A stretch of DNA of 62,289 nt, the filler included, from Globobulimina sp. (Eukaryota), in the NCBI GenBank assembly GCA_003354225.1. It is 21 parts of 21 records of this genome, joined end to end, with 100 filler letters (N's around TTAATTAATTAA, not from the genome) between each part and the next. Parts side by side here need not be neighbours in the genome. Positions count along the whole stretch, not along the records: positions 47,545 to 50,413 come from PIVH01004560.1; positions 50,514 to 53,382 come from PIVH01004561.1; positions 53,483 to 56,351 come from PIVH01004562.1; positions 56,452 to 59,320 come from PIVH01004563.1; positions 59,421 to 62,289 come from PIVH01004564.1; 16 more parts are not named here. The stretch is one strand, 5' to 3'. Of the stretch, positions 48,540 through 60,110 are shown one piece after another; position 1 is the first letter of the stretch, and each line of letters starts with the position of its first letter. Below the pieces are notes generated by a model, which saw nothing but the letters and a program-made list of their open reading frames with translations, was not told the origin of the DNA and searched no databases. Position numbers and translations under genes: made by a program.

Positions 48540-50146
48540 CTTATTTCATTAAATTTATATTGAATATAGACAGTTTGACCAACCTGCTTTTCCTTGTGGC
48601 ATTTTGAACAGGCTACATTTTGGTGCTTCCCGTCCAAAGGAAACCTTGTTTTGTTGTGGTCAAAGTTATCAGCTTTCCAATTATTATAATCATGACATGT
48701 TAAGCAATCGGTTACACCATTTATTTCAAACTGGTTGTAATGCTTATCATTATGACAGTTGGTACAGGTAGATTTTAAACCAGCGAATTGCTGGTTATAA
48801 TTACCATTGGGAAGAGAATTAAAGTGGCATGCCCGACAACTTTGGTTTTTGTGAGCGCCCAATAAACTGTAGCCTGTTTTTGAATGATCGAAGTTGACCT
48901 CAGCCCATCTGTTTTCGGTATGACAATTTTCGCAATGAGCATGGGGATAATACTTTTCACTGATAAAAGTATCATGTATATCATTATGGCAATCGGCACA
49001 TTTACTTCCAATTTCTTTAAAATTCCACTTGGTTTCTTTTTTATGACACACGAAGCACGGAGTGGCAAGATGAGCGCCCAACAATGGAAATTTAGTTTCT
49101 TTATGCCTGTCAATAGTAAAAGATGATCCAACAAAGCCCTTTGTTGAGTGGCAGTCAGAACAATCCGGAGCCCTGCCTGATTTTACAAATTGCCTTTCAT
49201 GGTAATCCGTATGACAATCGGTACAGTTATTATGTGCCACAGGATCGGTTAATTTATTATGGTGGCATTTTTTACAATCAACATACTTGTGTTTGTCTTC
49301 AAGCCTGAAACGCGTTTTGTTGTGATCGAAGCTTGACATTCCTTTTATTATGTGAAAGGATTGTTCACTATGACAATTCGTGCAATTTTGTCCAAATTTA
49401 TTGTTATGAACATCAGTATGGCAACTGGTACATGTTTCAAATGGGATGCCTGAGAACTCCTGAAACTTCTCCCCGTTAACGGTTGTAATTTTATGACATT
49501 CAACGCAAGTTACATCCTTATGTTTCCCTAACAAGCTGAACTTTGTATTGTCATGATTAAATTTAGTTACTGGCTTAAAGGCTTCATAATCATGGCATTG
49601 CTTACAGTCAGCAGGGAGTGTGGTTTGGTGGTAATCTTTATGGCACGACAAACAATCTGTTCCTAATCCAAGATAAGTAACATGCTTTATCTTTTTGATA
49701 TCATCATTAAGGATAAAATCAACTTTATGACAATCCTCACATTTTTGCTTTTTGTGAGCTCCCAATATTTCATAACCTGTGAGCGTATGATCAAACTTTT
49801 CCTTATCAAATCTAATCATCTCAAACTTAAGACCATGATGATCGCTATGGCAAACGATACATTCCTTCCCTGAGATGTCTTTAGATGAGTGATAACCCTT
49901 TTTCTGGTCTATTCTCTCTTTAAGCAGTTTATGACAATCCAGACATTTATCGTTGGAAACTTTTTCACCAAGTATGTGGCACTTAGTACAATTTGATAAT
50001 CCTTCAAGATGAGAGTGGGATTTTGTCAAATCTCCGGGGGAAAGTTGAGCAAATCCATCAATCACAAACAATGAGAACATAAAAAAAATAACTGGCACTA
50101 TTGTGCTCGGCTTCAACAATCCCACATATGATACTCTGTGCATCAT
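48521..50146 (-). CDS. Bacterial multiheme cytochrome c with 20 CxxCH motifs
   Basis: Signal peptide, AQLSPGDL..H..LEG and repeated FDHxxTxFxLxGxH-CxxCH modules; no introns. Confidence 0.95.
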   Translation of the reverse strand: MMHRVSYVGLLKPSTIVPVIFFMFSLFVIDGFAQLSPGDLTKSHSHLEGLSNCTKCHILGEKVSNDKCLDCHKLLKERIDQKKGYHSSKDISGKECIVCHSDHHGLKFEMIRFDKEKFDHTLTGYEILGAHKKQKCEDCHKVDFILNDDIKKIKHVTYLGLGTDCLSCHKDYHQTTLPADCKQCHDYEAFKPVTKFNHDNTKFSLLGKHKDVTCVECHKITTVNGEKFQEFSGIPFETCTSCHTDVHNNKFGQNCTNCHSEQSFHIIKGMSSFDHNKTRFRLEDKHKYVDCKKCHHNKLTDPVAHNNCTDCHTDYHERQFVKSGRAPDCSDCHSTKGFVGSSFTIDRHKETKFPLLGAHLATPCFVCHKKETKWNFKEIGSKCADCHNDIHDTFISEKYYPHAHCENCHTENRWAEVNFDHSKTGYSLLGAHKNQSCRACHFNSLPNGNYNQQFAGLKSTCTNCHNDKHYNQFEINGVTDCLTCHDYNNWKADNFDHNKTRFPLDGKHQNVACSKCHKEKQVGQTVYIQYKFNEIRCENCH

Positions 50147-50158
50147 TCTATTTATACA

Positions 50159-50413
50159 TTAATTATGTTTTAATAATGCTTCACCGTATTTCTTGGTAAT
50201 CTTCAATCCCACCTTTTGTAAAAACTGTATTGGTAATTCACCTCCGGCAAAAATGTAAACAAGGTCATTCTTAAGGTTTATTTCCTTATCGACACTACCA
50301 GAGGAAAGGGTGATTTCACTTTTATTAATGGCAGTGGGAACTGTGTTAAAACGTACAATTATGCGACCTTGTTGTATTGCCTCGTTAATTCTCTCACTAT
50401 TTTTTGGTTTTAT
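50159..50413 (-). CDS. C-terminus of thioredoxin-reductase-like FAD/NAD(P)H oxidoreductase (5' partial; not in the ORF track)
   Basis: IKPKNSERINEAIQQGRIIVRFNT..LKNDLVYIFAGGELPIQFLQKVG..*, ending 12 nt before the cytochrome start. Confidence 0.7.
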   Translation of the reverse strand: MKPKNSERINEAIQQGRIIVRFNTVPTAINKSEITLSSGSVDKEINLKNDLVYIFAGGELPIQFLQKVGLKITKKYGEALLKHN

Positions 50414-50874
50414 NNNNNNNNNNNNNNNNNNNNNNNNNNNNNNNNNNNNNNNNNNNNTTAATTAATTAANNNNNNNNNNNNNNNNNNNNNNNNNNNNNNN
50501 NNNNNNNNNNNNNTTTAATCTATTTTGTTTAACATTGTAAAGTTTTCACACCGTTTTTATAACTAACACCATCACCAATCACCAACAATAACAGAATGGC
50601 ATCTCTATAATGGCATTTTTGATCGATTATGAGAATCTATTTTTTGAATGGCGCCGATTATGAGATTATGGTACAGACAAAGGGGATGTTAAAGGGAGAA
50701 AAAAAGGCATGAAGAAAGCAAAAATTCAAAAATCTGCTTCGTAATTATTTGCCCACGGCATGTATATTTGTTTGCCATCGCCTCATAATGGCTCCATCTA
50801 CGCCAGATTACAAAGTAGAATGACGAAAAAAACACGGAAGATGAATTTCTCTTCGTTATATATTTAGATAATAC

Positions 50875-51621
50875 CATTTGGAGGCATCATAGGTTGACTT
50901 TGTTGATCGGATGTATTTGCAGAGAAAAACCAGCCAGAATTTGGTACAGCTTTAATAGTGATACCATTTCGAGTCACATTTAAATAATTAGCAATAAAAT
51001 CTAAATTCATAAAAGCTCCAATTCCGCCGGCACTCTGCCCTCCAATCAATATATTTTTTGCTTGATTGATCTTATATTTTGAAATTAAAACATCTAATAT
51101 ATTTTTGACAATATAATGTCCATCAAAATAGAATCCCCATGATGCAGCTGTTGGCGTTGTCACTTGTCCAATATGCCAATCACCGCAACTTTGTTATATA
51201 TATATATGTAGTCTGAGCAAAGTTTTTTGATATATGAAAATATGCAGACATACCAATATGGTATAAATATATGATGTGCATCATAAAAATCTGGATTCTC
51301 TGTTGCTGAATTACTATATGAACCAGAACCTGCCATTGTTGCTTTCCAATAACTGGATGAACCCAATGCGGAAAGCGTGCGCGCTGTACAGCTTGTTTGT
51401 GTTACACAATGTCCGCCACCTTGTAGATTTATTACAAATACGGAATCACCTTGAGCTGATACTGGTGGTTGATAATAAAAACCAGCTTGTGATCCATCTA
51501 AACATTGACTACCTTCCAATCCAACTTCCAATAGTTCAATATTTAATGTATCCGGTGCTGCCGCTGCCGATGTTATACATGCAAACAAAACAGTAACAGT
51601 TACAAAAGCGAACATGCTCAT
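50875..51621 (-). CDS. Pectinacetylesterase/Notum-family secreted esterase (intron 51253-51189; 3' partial)
   Basis: Signal peptide, CLDGSQAGFY, LQGGGHC, NPDFY, spliced IPYCCGDWHIG and GGQSAGG. Confidence 0.9.
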
Positions 51622-51699
51622 AGTGAGTAACTGTTTGTATCAAAAAAACCAGAAGATAAGAAAATATAATCATCGTTTCTTGCAAAAAGGTCGAATAGA

Positions 51700-53382
51700 A
51701 TGAACGGTGTTGATATAGCTACTTTAATTGTGATTGCAACATCACAGATTCTTGGATTATTTATGTTCCTATGGAGTTTTACATATTATCGATTGAGACA
51801 TACTCACGAAATATCGGCAAGACTTCCAAAAGCATCTTTATTAGCTGGAATGATCTGTAATATTGGAGTTTGTTTTACTCATCCTGCTGTTTTATTATTT
51901 CTTAACACTTCATTGATCCAATACATACCATACAGCTACACATTTTTTGTTTTTGCGGTAATGGTAACAACATTAGCTCCATTTCATATATTTACATTCA
52001 GAGCGTTTATCATATACTTTGATATGAAATGGAACAAAGCTATGGAAGACCAACAATGTTGAGCATATTTACCTGTTTTTGTATTGATGTATTTATATAA
52101 AATAAAATTAAGGGAGAGTTTATATTGATCCTCAAGAAAAAAACTGGTTTTTAAAACATCGGAGTTCGTGGGGCAACAAGAAACGAATCGGCATTATAGC
52201 TTGTATACATTGGCTATTTTGGACAATACTTGTGGTCATAGTCACATTATACAACAATGACAAAAGTAATATTCAAAGCCGCGCCATATTAGCATTGGGA
52301 GCGTTACTTCCAACAATCATAGATTGTACTTTATATTGTAAGTTTCCAACATATAGTGATATTTGGGGCATTCACAAAGAGATTAAATTATTATTAGAAG
52401 TTAAAATCGCAGGTATTGTCATATATTATATGGTTGCAATAGTGTTTAAACCCGCCTTTCCATCCTATGGATATATTGCATTGCAATCATTAGCAATTGT
52501 AATTGGTTTTACATTTACATTGATAATCTATTTATGGGTTTTTAAACGATTTGGGTTACCTTCAAATCCTTTGTATGTTTCTCGTTGGTTACATATAAAT
52601 AATTTGAATTATGAATTAAGTTACAGTCACACTTCAACATATTCAAAAAGCAAAAATGTGAACAAAGAAACACATTCATTAGCTTTGCAACAAATACTAT
52701 GTACTAAACATGGCTTTAATGAATTTGCACGCCACTTGACCAGGGAATTCTGTTTAGGTATATGTATCACATATATTTCAATGAAAAATAGGGAATATCA
52801 TAGCGTTTTCCATCTATGACAACACTGCGAATCTGACGCATTTTTCGTTTACATCTGACGCATTCATTTAATTAATTCTCCGTTATTAAATCATTGAAAT
52901 ATGTGTGATACGCAGAGAATTTGTTATTTATTGTCGAATCTGAACAATGGTTACAATCATTAGCGGCAAAGAAAGAATATTCACAAATTGTGAAACATAT
53001 TGAGCAGAAACAAGGACGTTTAACATTAAAATTAAATTTTCCAGATTCTGCTCCAAAATCAAGTTTATTACAAAATAATTCATTTGATACATGTAATTAT
53101 AACGATAATGTACATGTTGAAGATGAAAATAAGGAGGATTTACCATCATCTTCTGAATATTCACAATGTTTTGAGTTATTTAGTAAATATATACGAAATG
53201 GAGCGTATTTTAGTGTTAATATTAGCAGTGACTGCAGAGATGAATTATACAAAGTTTTTGGTTTTAATGATTCATCCACGGAGCCAAATATTGATGAAAT
53301 TGTTAAACATTTAAAGGATAATAAAATGTCCCGAGAGGATTTATTTAATTTATTTCAAGTATCAAGAAGGCAAATATATCAG
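51700..53382 (+). CDS. 7TM-RGS protein (introns 52058-52112, 52758-52915; 3' partial)
   Basis: About seven TM helices, then an RGS box: LQQIL...GFNEFARHLTREFCLENLLFIVE..KYIRNGAYFSVNISSDCR. Confidence 0.88.
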
Positions 53383-53831
53383 NNNNNNNNNNNNNNNNNN
53401 NNNNNNNNNNNNNNNNNNNNNNNNNNTTAATTAATTAANNNNNNNNNNNNNNNNNNNNNNNNNNNNNNNNNNNNNNNNNNNNCGTGAATAACAATGTTTG
53501 GATATATCGATCCTCTGAATTAAAAATTATAACATGCAAAATATGAATAAATGAAACAACTGCATTTATCGCAGAGGTTTTAGGTTTCATGTTTTTTATG
53601 TTTAGAGGTTTGTAGGTTTGACCAATATTTTCACTGTAGATCAGCAGTAATGAAAGAAACATAATCGGATTTTGTCGGACCTACAAACATAAAAAAACCT
53701 GAAACCAGAATGAACTATTTTGCTGCAACATTGAAACCTCGAAACATAAAAAAACCTGAAACCTAAAACATCTGCGATAAATGCAGTTGTTTCATTTATT
53801 CATATTTTGCATGTTATAATTTTTAATTCAG

Positions 53832-54360
53832 AGGATCGATATATCCAAACATTGTTATTCACGATGCATTATATTATGGCAACGCTGAACAAGCCTCAAA
53901 TGGAAACGTTATAAAACATTTAAAGATAACACACATTTTGAATATTACGAATCTAGATTTTGAAATAAAATGGGATGACAAAGATATGGATGAAAAGGAA
54001 GAGAAAGTGGAGATAAAATATTTAAAATTGCCAATTCATGATAATGCGGATTATAAAATTAGTGTTTATTTTGAAAGGGCGAATAAGTTTATTAATACTG
54101 CATTGGCTGAGAATAATAAGCGAGTGTTAGTTCATTGCATGTTTGGTTCATCTCGGTCTGGTACAATATTGGTGCAATATATAATGAATAGAAATGGAAT
54201 ATCATTGTATGACGCATATAAATATATTTATCAATGCAGACCTTGCTTGTGTCCAAATGAATCGTTTATGAATGAATTGGAAAATGCAGAAATAAAATTG
54301 TTTGGTTTGGATATAACAAAAACAACACGCAAGAAAATTGAGCAAAGTCATATGAGATGA
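53832..54360 (+). CDS. Dual-specificity protein phosphatase (last exon)
   Basis: IYPNIVIHDALYYGN..LKITHILNIT, PIHD, VLVHCMFGSSRSGT and RPCLCPNESFMNEL. Confidence 0.92.
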
Positions 54361-54795
54361 TTATATTATTAATGCTCTCCAATTTCATTAAAAAAAACAC
54401 TCTCTCCTTAAAACCCATACAAACAACCAAATAATATGTTTTTTCCAACCGTAATAAATAATAATCAATATGCAAGACCTAGATTGTTTATCATTTTGTT
54501 TGTTGTGGCTTGAGAGGCTTGTGAATAATGCAGTGTTATCCCATGAAAGTTGTTAAAAACGAAACAACGTTTGTGTATGATTGGACGAAACAACGTTGCT
54601 GAATTAATTATTTGTTGCTCGGAGTCTTTAATCCTCTGTCGAAAGGAAAGATTTATTTAAGCTGGTTTTCACTTCAGTTAGCTTACAACAAAAACTACAT
54701 CGCAATGGCAATGGCAACATAACTCTTTTTTTTTGGTTTTAATCGCAATGGCAACATAATTCAATTAAAGATTATCATAGTATACAAAACGTCAA

Positions 54796-56351
54796 TCAAT
54801 CAATATCTATCATTTGTTGGTCATCTTTTTGTTCAGTTTCTTTCTTTTGAGCTAACTTCATTTCAACAAATTCATCAATCAATTCAGACTCCGGTATTTG
54901 CGGCATTTCATTATCATTATTCTCACTCCGATTGGCATCATCCCCATGATCTTTATACAAATCTATTTGACATCGCAACTCAAAATCCTGTTCAATTTCC
55001 CTCATAAATATCTCATTATCAACTTGCTCTTTCTCCGCCGCATATTTATCAACATTGTAATCCCTCTCTTTTACCATTGACTTTAATTTCCATCTTCTTT
55101 TCGTAGCTCTGCTATAATACGGATAGTATTTCTTCACCACAATGACATCCGGCATTTTCCCTTTTTTTAGGTATCTCTTCAAGTTCTTATCATGGACTAA
55201 GTCGTCGTGCGTTGATAAATTATGCAAGTCGTAGCCCAAAACCATGTCGCCTTCCTTCAAAAAGCCGCCTAAATGGCATATGGTCTCCAATATTTCCGCA
55301 TTGTCCACACCCAAATCATTCTCACGCACCAATTCCAACTCTGCACATTTCCACTTTCCACGATGTAGCTGGCGCAACCGAGTCATGCCCATAATATAGA
55401 AAATGGATAAATGTTCCATAGTCGATATGGGTTTGAAAAAATATCGAAAATATTGTTTGGCGTCCAACTCGATCGTATGTAACGAGGTCGGGTCAATCAA
55501 ATGCAACGTGGTCGTCACTTTGTGGCACAACATTAACGGGGAATGTCCGCCGCATTTCTTTTGTAATTTGATAGGGATTAAACACAAATCATTGCGACAA
55601 ATTGGCGGCAGTTCGGCATACAATGTATATTTAAATTTGGCAATATTCGATTTATGATCGTGGGATACCAATCGCTTTGAATTTAGGTTGTTTTTTTGGT
55701 CTACGATGATGATGGAATGTAAAAAAGAAATGAAAGTTTGTGAGGCGGATTTGTGATTGAAATAAAAATCAATTCCGTCTTTTTGGTCTTTGATACCGAT
55801 GCAATGTGCGCCCATATTGTATTTTAAGATTAATTGTTCCAGGAATAAGAACGTGCGTTTATGATTTACTTTTTGTCGTAATTGGATGCACGATTTCCAT
55901 GTGTGATGCGTGAAAGACGCTTGACATTCTTTGCATTGTTGGTTTTCAATTGCAAATTCGACCTCAAATGTTTTCTCAATTATGGCATTGTTCATTACCT
56001 CTTTTTGGATTCTGTGCAGTACAAAAAGCAAACATTTTAAGCATCAAATCGTTCAAAAGGTTATAGAGTGACATAGGTCAACACATTGAAAAGTTGAAGG
56101 GTTGACATGCTGTGAAAAGGAAGGGGAAAACTTTGAAGTACCTTAATCTGAGCTTAATTCTTCGCGAATGTGGTTCAGTCCAAATAAATGACGCATCAAT
56201 CAATTTAATTTCTTTTCTATTGATTCCACTGATTTTTTTTAATAATAATTCCAATAAAGCAGATGATTCTAATTCAGCAGCGATCCATTGAGGATTTTTA
56301 TACCATCTCACACATTGACGACATTGGAAAAGAATTAATTCTTTGCTAATA
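54796..56351 (-). CDS. NMD3: 60S ribosomal export protein NMD3 (intron 56141-56012; 5' partial)
   Basis: ELESSALL..LIDASFIWTEPHSRRIK, QCKEC, IQLRQKVNHKRTFLFLEQLILK and PDVIVVKK. Confidence 0.95.
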
Positions 56352-56451
56352 NNNNNNNNNNNNNNNNNNNNNNNNNNNNNNNNNNNNNNNNNNNNTTAAT
56401 TAATTAANNNNNNNNNNNNNNNNNNNNNNNNNNNNNNNNNNNNNNNNNNNN

Positions 56452-57069
56452 TTTTAATGTGGTACCCCATATACTGTAATCTGCTATAAATTTATCTAAA
56501 TATTTTATTATCAGTTTTTTATATGGCGGACAATATAACTTTGCTAATTTTGCGTATTTTTCTTTTTTCGCCATTCTGATATTGTATCTGAAATGAGATG
56601 CGACAATAATGGAGTCTTTTAAAATAATCGATAAATAGAATGGAACGATGGTATAAAGAGCATCAATGTGATATGACATTTTAGAGAGTGAGGTCAGTTT
56701 AAAAATTAAATGCAAATAGTACAATGATGGTAGAATAATTGCCATAATAATGAATATGGTGTATGATAATCTAAATAATTGATATATTGGGCGAATGCAA
56801 ATAATCACAAGTATTAATAAAATGGGTTGGAGTGCTGATATAAATAATGCTAATAAAGTGTTTGTGAGCAACCATGTAACATAATCTTTTAACAACGATT
56901 GCTTTGATTGATGGTTTAGATATGAATAATATTGCGTTGATTGCTGGAAATCGTCTTCGCGCTGCTTTGGATTCGCTGAGGCTGAATCCAAATATCCAGG
57001 GTCGGAGGCTGGTTGTTTGGATCTTGTTGGCTCACTCATAATAATCAGTAGATTCGAATTCAAACTCAT
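56452..57069 (-). CDS. Multi-pass membrane protein (3' partial)
   Basis: ATG ORF with three or more hydrophobic segments, open to the contig edge. Confidence 0.6.
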
Positions 57070-57548
57070 TTTTGTTTCAGCGCAGCCGTGTCGCTGATCG
57101 AGCTTCAGTGATTCATAAATACCGCTACTAGTATAGGCGATGAAAACAAAAAGAAAAACAACAAAAAAACATTTCGATCAAATGATTAATTCGATCAAAT
57201 GATAATATTACCGATTTCGAATTGATTTACCCTTTTTTTTGTATCAAAAGTGGCCGGCTCAGCAGATTGGCGATTTTATAGCGATAATACCCATATTTGG
57301 ATTGAATGAGCGATATGCGGCGTTTCGGGCAAAATGTTTTTGGAATGCAATGAAGATAAATTGATTGGATGGGGCATTGATAAGAAATGCCATCGAGCCA
57401 GATTCAGAGCGGAAGCATTCGCTATGAAAAGGAGAGGATAGTTTTATTGACGTTTATTGAGCAGCTGCCTAAACAATGACTTTGATTCCGCAATATCGCC
57501 ATCTATCTTTTGCAATTCTAATCGGACATTGAGTGCAGTGGATTGATT

Positions 57549-58331
57549 ATGTGGATATCATTATTATTGCTATTAATAACTAGTACTACATTTGCAATGG
57601 ATATGGATGTACTTATAACTGATGAAAAAGCAGCGATTGCATTGGCGCGTGCAGGCAGCAAAAATGAATATGAGTTCCATTATGCTTTAGCATTTATTTA
57701 TTTATTGGAGCCACGCAGTCCGTTATTTAGTCGACAAAAATCAAAATACCATTTCGAAGAATCAATAAAAGGAAATCATTCATCAAAAGCGACATATCTT
57801 TATAATTATGCCTGCACATTAAGCAAAATGGAGATTCACCAATGTGGCCATACAAATTGCACAAACAAAGCGACTCAAAGATGTCAACGATGCAAAAATA
57901 TTCATTATTGCTGCAAACAGTGCCAAATCCTGCATTGGAAAGAAGCACATAAACAGCAATGTGGTGACAAACAAATTGAGAAACAAACAGATATTGAAAA
58001 AGCAATCCAATATTTTAAACAATCAATTCAATTGGAACTGGACAATCAATTTACAAATATTGGCGTTTGCCGCGAAAATACGGATCCAGATCATAAACGG
58101 TGGACGTTAGCGGAAGAAATAGAGCGAGGGTCCTCTACTTCAAGATATTCAATCCATTCATTGTCGTCATTAAAATTGGCATTGTTACTATCTGATAAGT
58201 TTGACGACCATCAAACTGCCATAAATTGTATCAAAGACGCCCTGACGCATGAAAAAGATGGAGAAATGATCGCAAGACTTAAAGAAACAGATCGCAAAAT
58301 AACAAAACGACTTAAAAAATCCAAAAAATGA
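57549..58331 (+). CDS. TPR-like protein with MYND zinc finger
   Basis: CGHTNC..RCQRCKNIHYCCKQCQILHWKEAHKQQC between TPR-like helices. Confidence 0.82.
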   Translation: MWISLLLLLITSTTFAMDMDVLITDEKAAIALARAGSKNEYEFHYALAFIYLLEPRSPLFSRQKSKYHFEESIKGNHSSKATYLYNYACTLSKMEIHQCGHTNCTNKATQRCQRCKNIHYCCKQCQILHWKEAHKQQCGDKQIEKQTDIEKAIQYFKQSIQLELDNQFTNIGVCRENTDPDHKRWTLAEEIERGSSTSRYSIHSLSSLKLALLLSDKFDDHQTAINCIKDALTHEKDGEMIARLKETDRKITKRLKKSKK

Positions 58332-58368
58332 TTTGGAACGCTGTTTTTTTTTACACTTTGTTTGGATC

Positions 58369-58419
58369 TTAAATTGTTGACTCACTCATAATAATCAGTA
58401 GATTTGCATTCAAACTCAT
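58369..58419 (-). pseudogene. Truncated duplicate of the start of the gene at 57069
   Basis: MSLNANLLIIMSESTI* versus MSLNSNLLIIMSEPTR; the upstream sequence is also duplicated. Confidence 0.65.
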
Positions 58420-58666
58420 TTTTGTTTCAGCGCACCCGTTTCGTTAAAAAGCGTTGGTATTGTGATAATGAATTGTGCCGCTGATCGAGCTTCAGTGATT
58501 CATAAATACCGCTTTAGAAATAATTGATTGGATGGAATTTGGGCCAATCACAAAAAACATAAAAATGTACCTTTTCCTATGCAACAAAAGGCGATGAAAA
58601 CAAAAAGAAAAACAATAATAAAAAATTAAATTAATTCGAGCAAATGATAATAGTAATAACAGTATA

Positions 58667-59320
58667 TCAATGGAGCAATGGATTCGACTGATCTTTGCCA
58701 GAATTATCATTGTTTTCAGTCAGTTCCTGCGATGGAGAACCATTATTTTGATCTGAAATGGATGAGTTATCCTTATGACCATTCTCTATCCGTATCCACG
58801 AAGCATTCGCATCAATATCACTTAACAATAAATATAAAAATAAGACACAAACAACATTACATACAGCGGGAACAACCACCATCATTAGAAACAACACGCC
58901 GGCAGACTCCCAACTTAATATCGCTAATTCCGCCGGCAGCCACAATATCGAATTATATAACAATGTGGAATACACTCCAACTTTCATCGCCTCCTTCAAA
59001 TCAAAGCGAGCCATCACATCCGAGGCAAACTTCTCCACATTGATGAAAGGGATATTCATCCTCGCGATGTTGGAAAACATCCAAAACATAATCATTCCAA
59101 TAATCATCGGTATGATGGCAATGTATAGCACTGCCTCCATCACATCGTCACTAAATTTTATGATATCAGAATACTCCACAAACGACTTCTTCTGCGAATA
59201 TACGAACAAAGTCCACAATGAGCGTTCGAATATTTTGATCGAAACCCACGACACTGACTGCCATATAACGGGCGCTGTGGCCACGGATAAGGTGGAACAC
59301 ATTAAAAAGGCGCAGACGGA
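58667..59320 (-). CDS. Multi-pass membrane protein, C-terminal part (5' partial)
   Basis: Several hydrophobic helices; frame open from the contig edge. Confidence 0.6.
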   Translation of the reverse strand, partial: SVCAFLMCSTLSVATAPVIWQSVSWVSIKIFERSLWTLFVYSQKKSFVEYSDIIKFSDDVMEAVLYIAIIPMIIGMIMFWMFSNIARMNIPFINVEKFASDVMARFDLKEAMKVGVYSTLLYNSILWLPAELAILSWESAGVLFLMMVVVPAVCNVVCVLFLYLLLSDIDANASWIRIENGHKDNSSISDQNNGSPSQELTENNDNSGKDQSNPLLH

Positions 59321-59420
59321 NNNNNNNNNNNNNNNNNNNNNNNNNNNNNNNNNNNNNNNNNNNNTTAATTAATTAANNNNNNNNNNNNNNNNNNNNNNNN
59401 NNNNNNNNNNNNNNNNNNNN

Positions 59421-59664
59421 TGGAGAAATTAAAGATTGCGCGGAACAATTACTGGATTGCTCCAATGATGATTGTAAAATGCGAGTTAAACGGAAGGATT
59501 TCCAGACTCATATCAATCAGGAATGTGATGTAAGAATTGCTGAATGTGAATTTGTTAAATATGGGTGTTCTGTGAAACAAATTAAAGCAAATCGATTAAA
59601 AACGCATATGGATGAATATAAATTTGATCATATATCAAATAAATTTGATTTTGTCACAACTCAA
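59421..59664 (+). CDS. TRAF-type zinc-finger protein exon (partial)
   Basis: DCAEQLLDCSNDDC..KRKDFQTHINQECDVRIAECEFVKYGC..LKTHM, followed by a GTTATG donor. Confidence 0.8.
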
Positions 59665-59820
59665 GTTATGTATATACATATTCTTTTATTTTTTTTTTTT
59701 GATATAAACACATCAAACAGCAAAGTAAAGCAATTGATACATTAACAAATGAAACAAAACGAGTCAAGTTGTGTGATGCTCGAATGTTATGTATAATTAA
59801 CATGAAAATTATATTCATAG

Positions 59821-59917
59821 CAAGCTGATATTATTTCTACATTACAAGCTGATATTATTTCATAGCAAGCTGATACTTCAACTAACTTCAACTAACTTCA
59901 ACTAACTTCAACTAACT
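59821..59917 (+). repeat. Short tandem repeats upstream of the LINE ORF1
   Basis: CAAGCTGATA three times, then CTTCAACTAA four times. Confidence 0.85.
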
Positions 59918-60110
59918 AAAGATAATACTAACTTGCTGCAAGGCGAAAGTTGCAACAGTAACTCGTAGTCAATTAGTCATTCTACGTGATTTGGATCTTT
60001 CTGATTCAAACACGACGTAAAGTGCATAACAAAAGCGAGTAGCGGTGCACCTGTAATATTTACCATATATCGAAATCTTGCAATCAATCCAAGTCGAGCA
60101 TATTAGAAAT

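Noticed and set aside
47545-50413. Multiheme cytochromes as host genes acquired by HGT
   Set aside because: The whole contig is operonic and intronless with no eukaryotic flank.
52058-52112. In-frame stops splitting genes as stop-codon reassignment or selenocysteine
   Set aside because: In the host genes examined, the breaks are explained by GT-AG introns that restore phase under the standard code.
53483-53863. About 120-bp inverted repeat (53483-53603 vs 53742-53863) as transposon TIRs
   Set aside because: It starts exactly at the contig edge and copies part of the DUSP intron and exon, typical of an amplification fold-back chimera.
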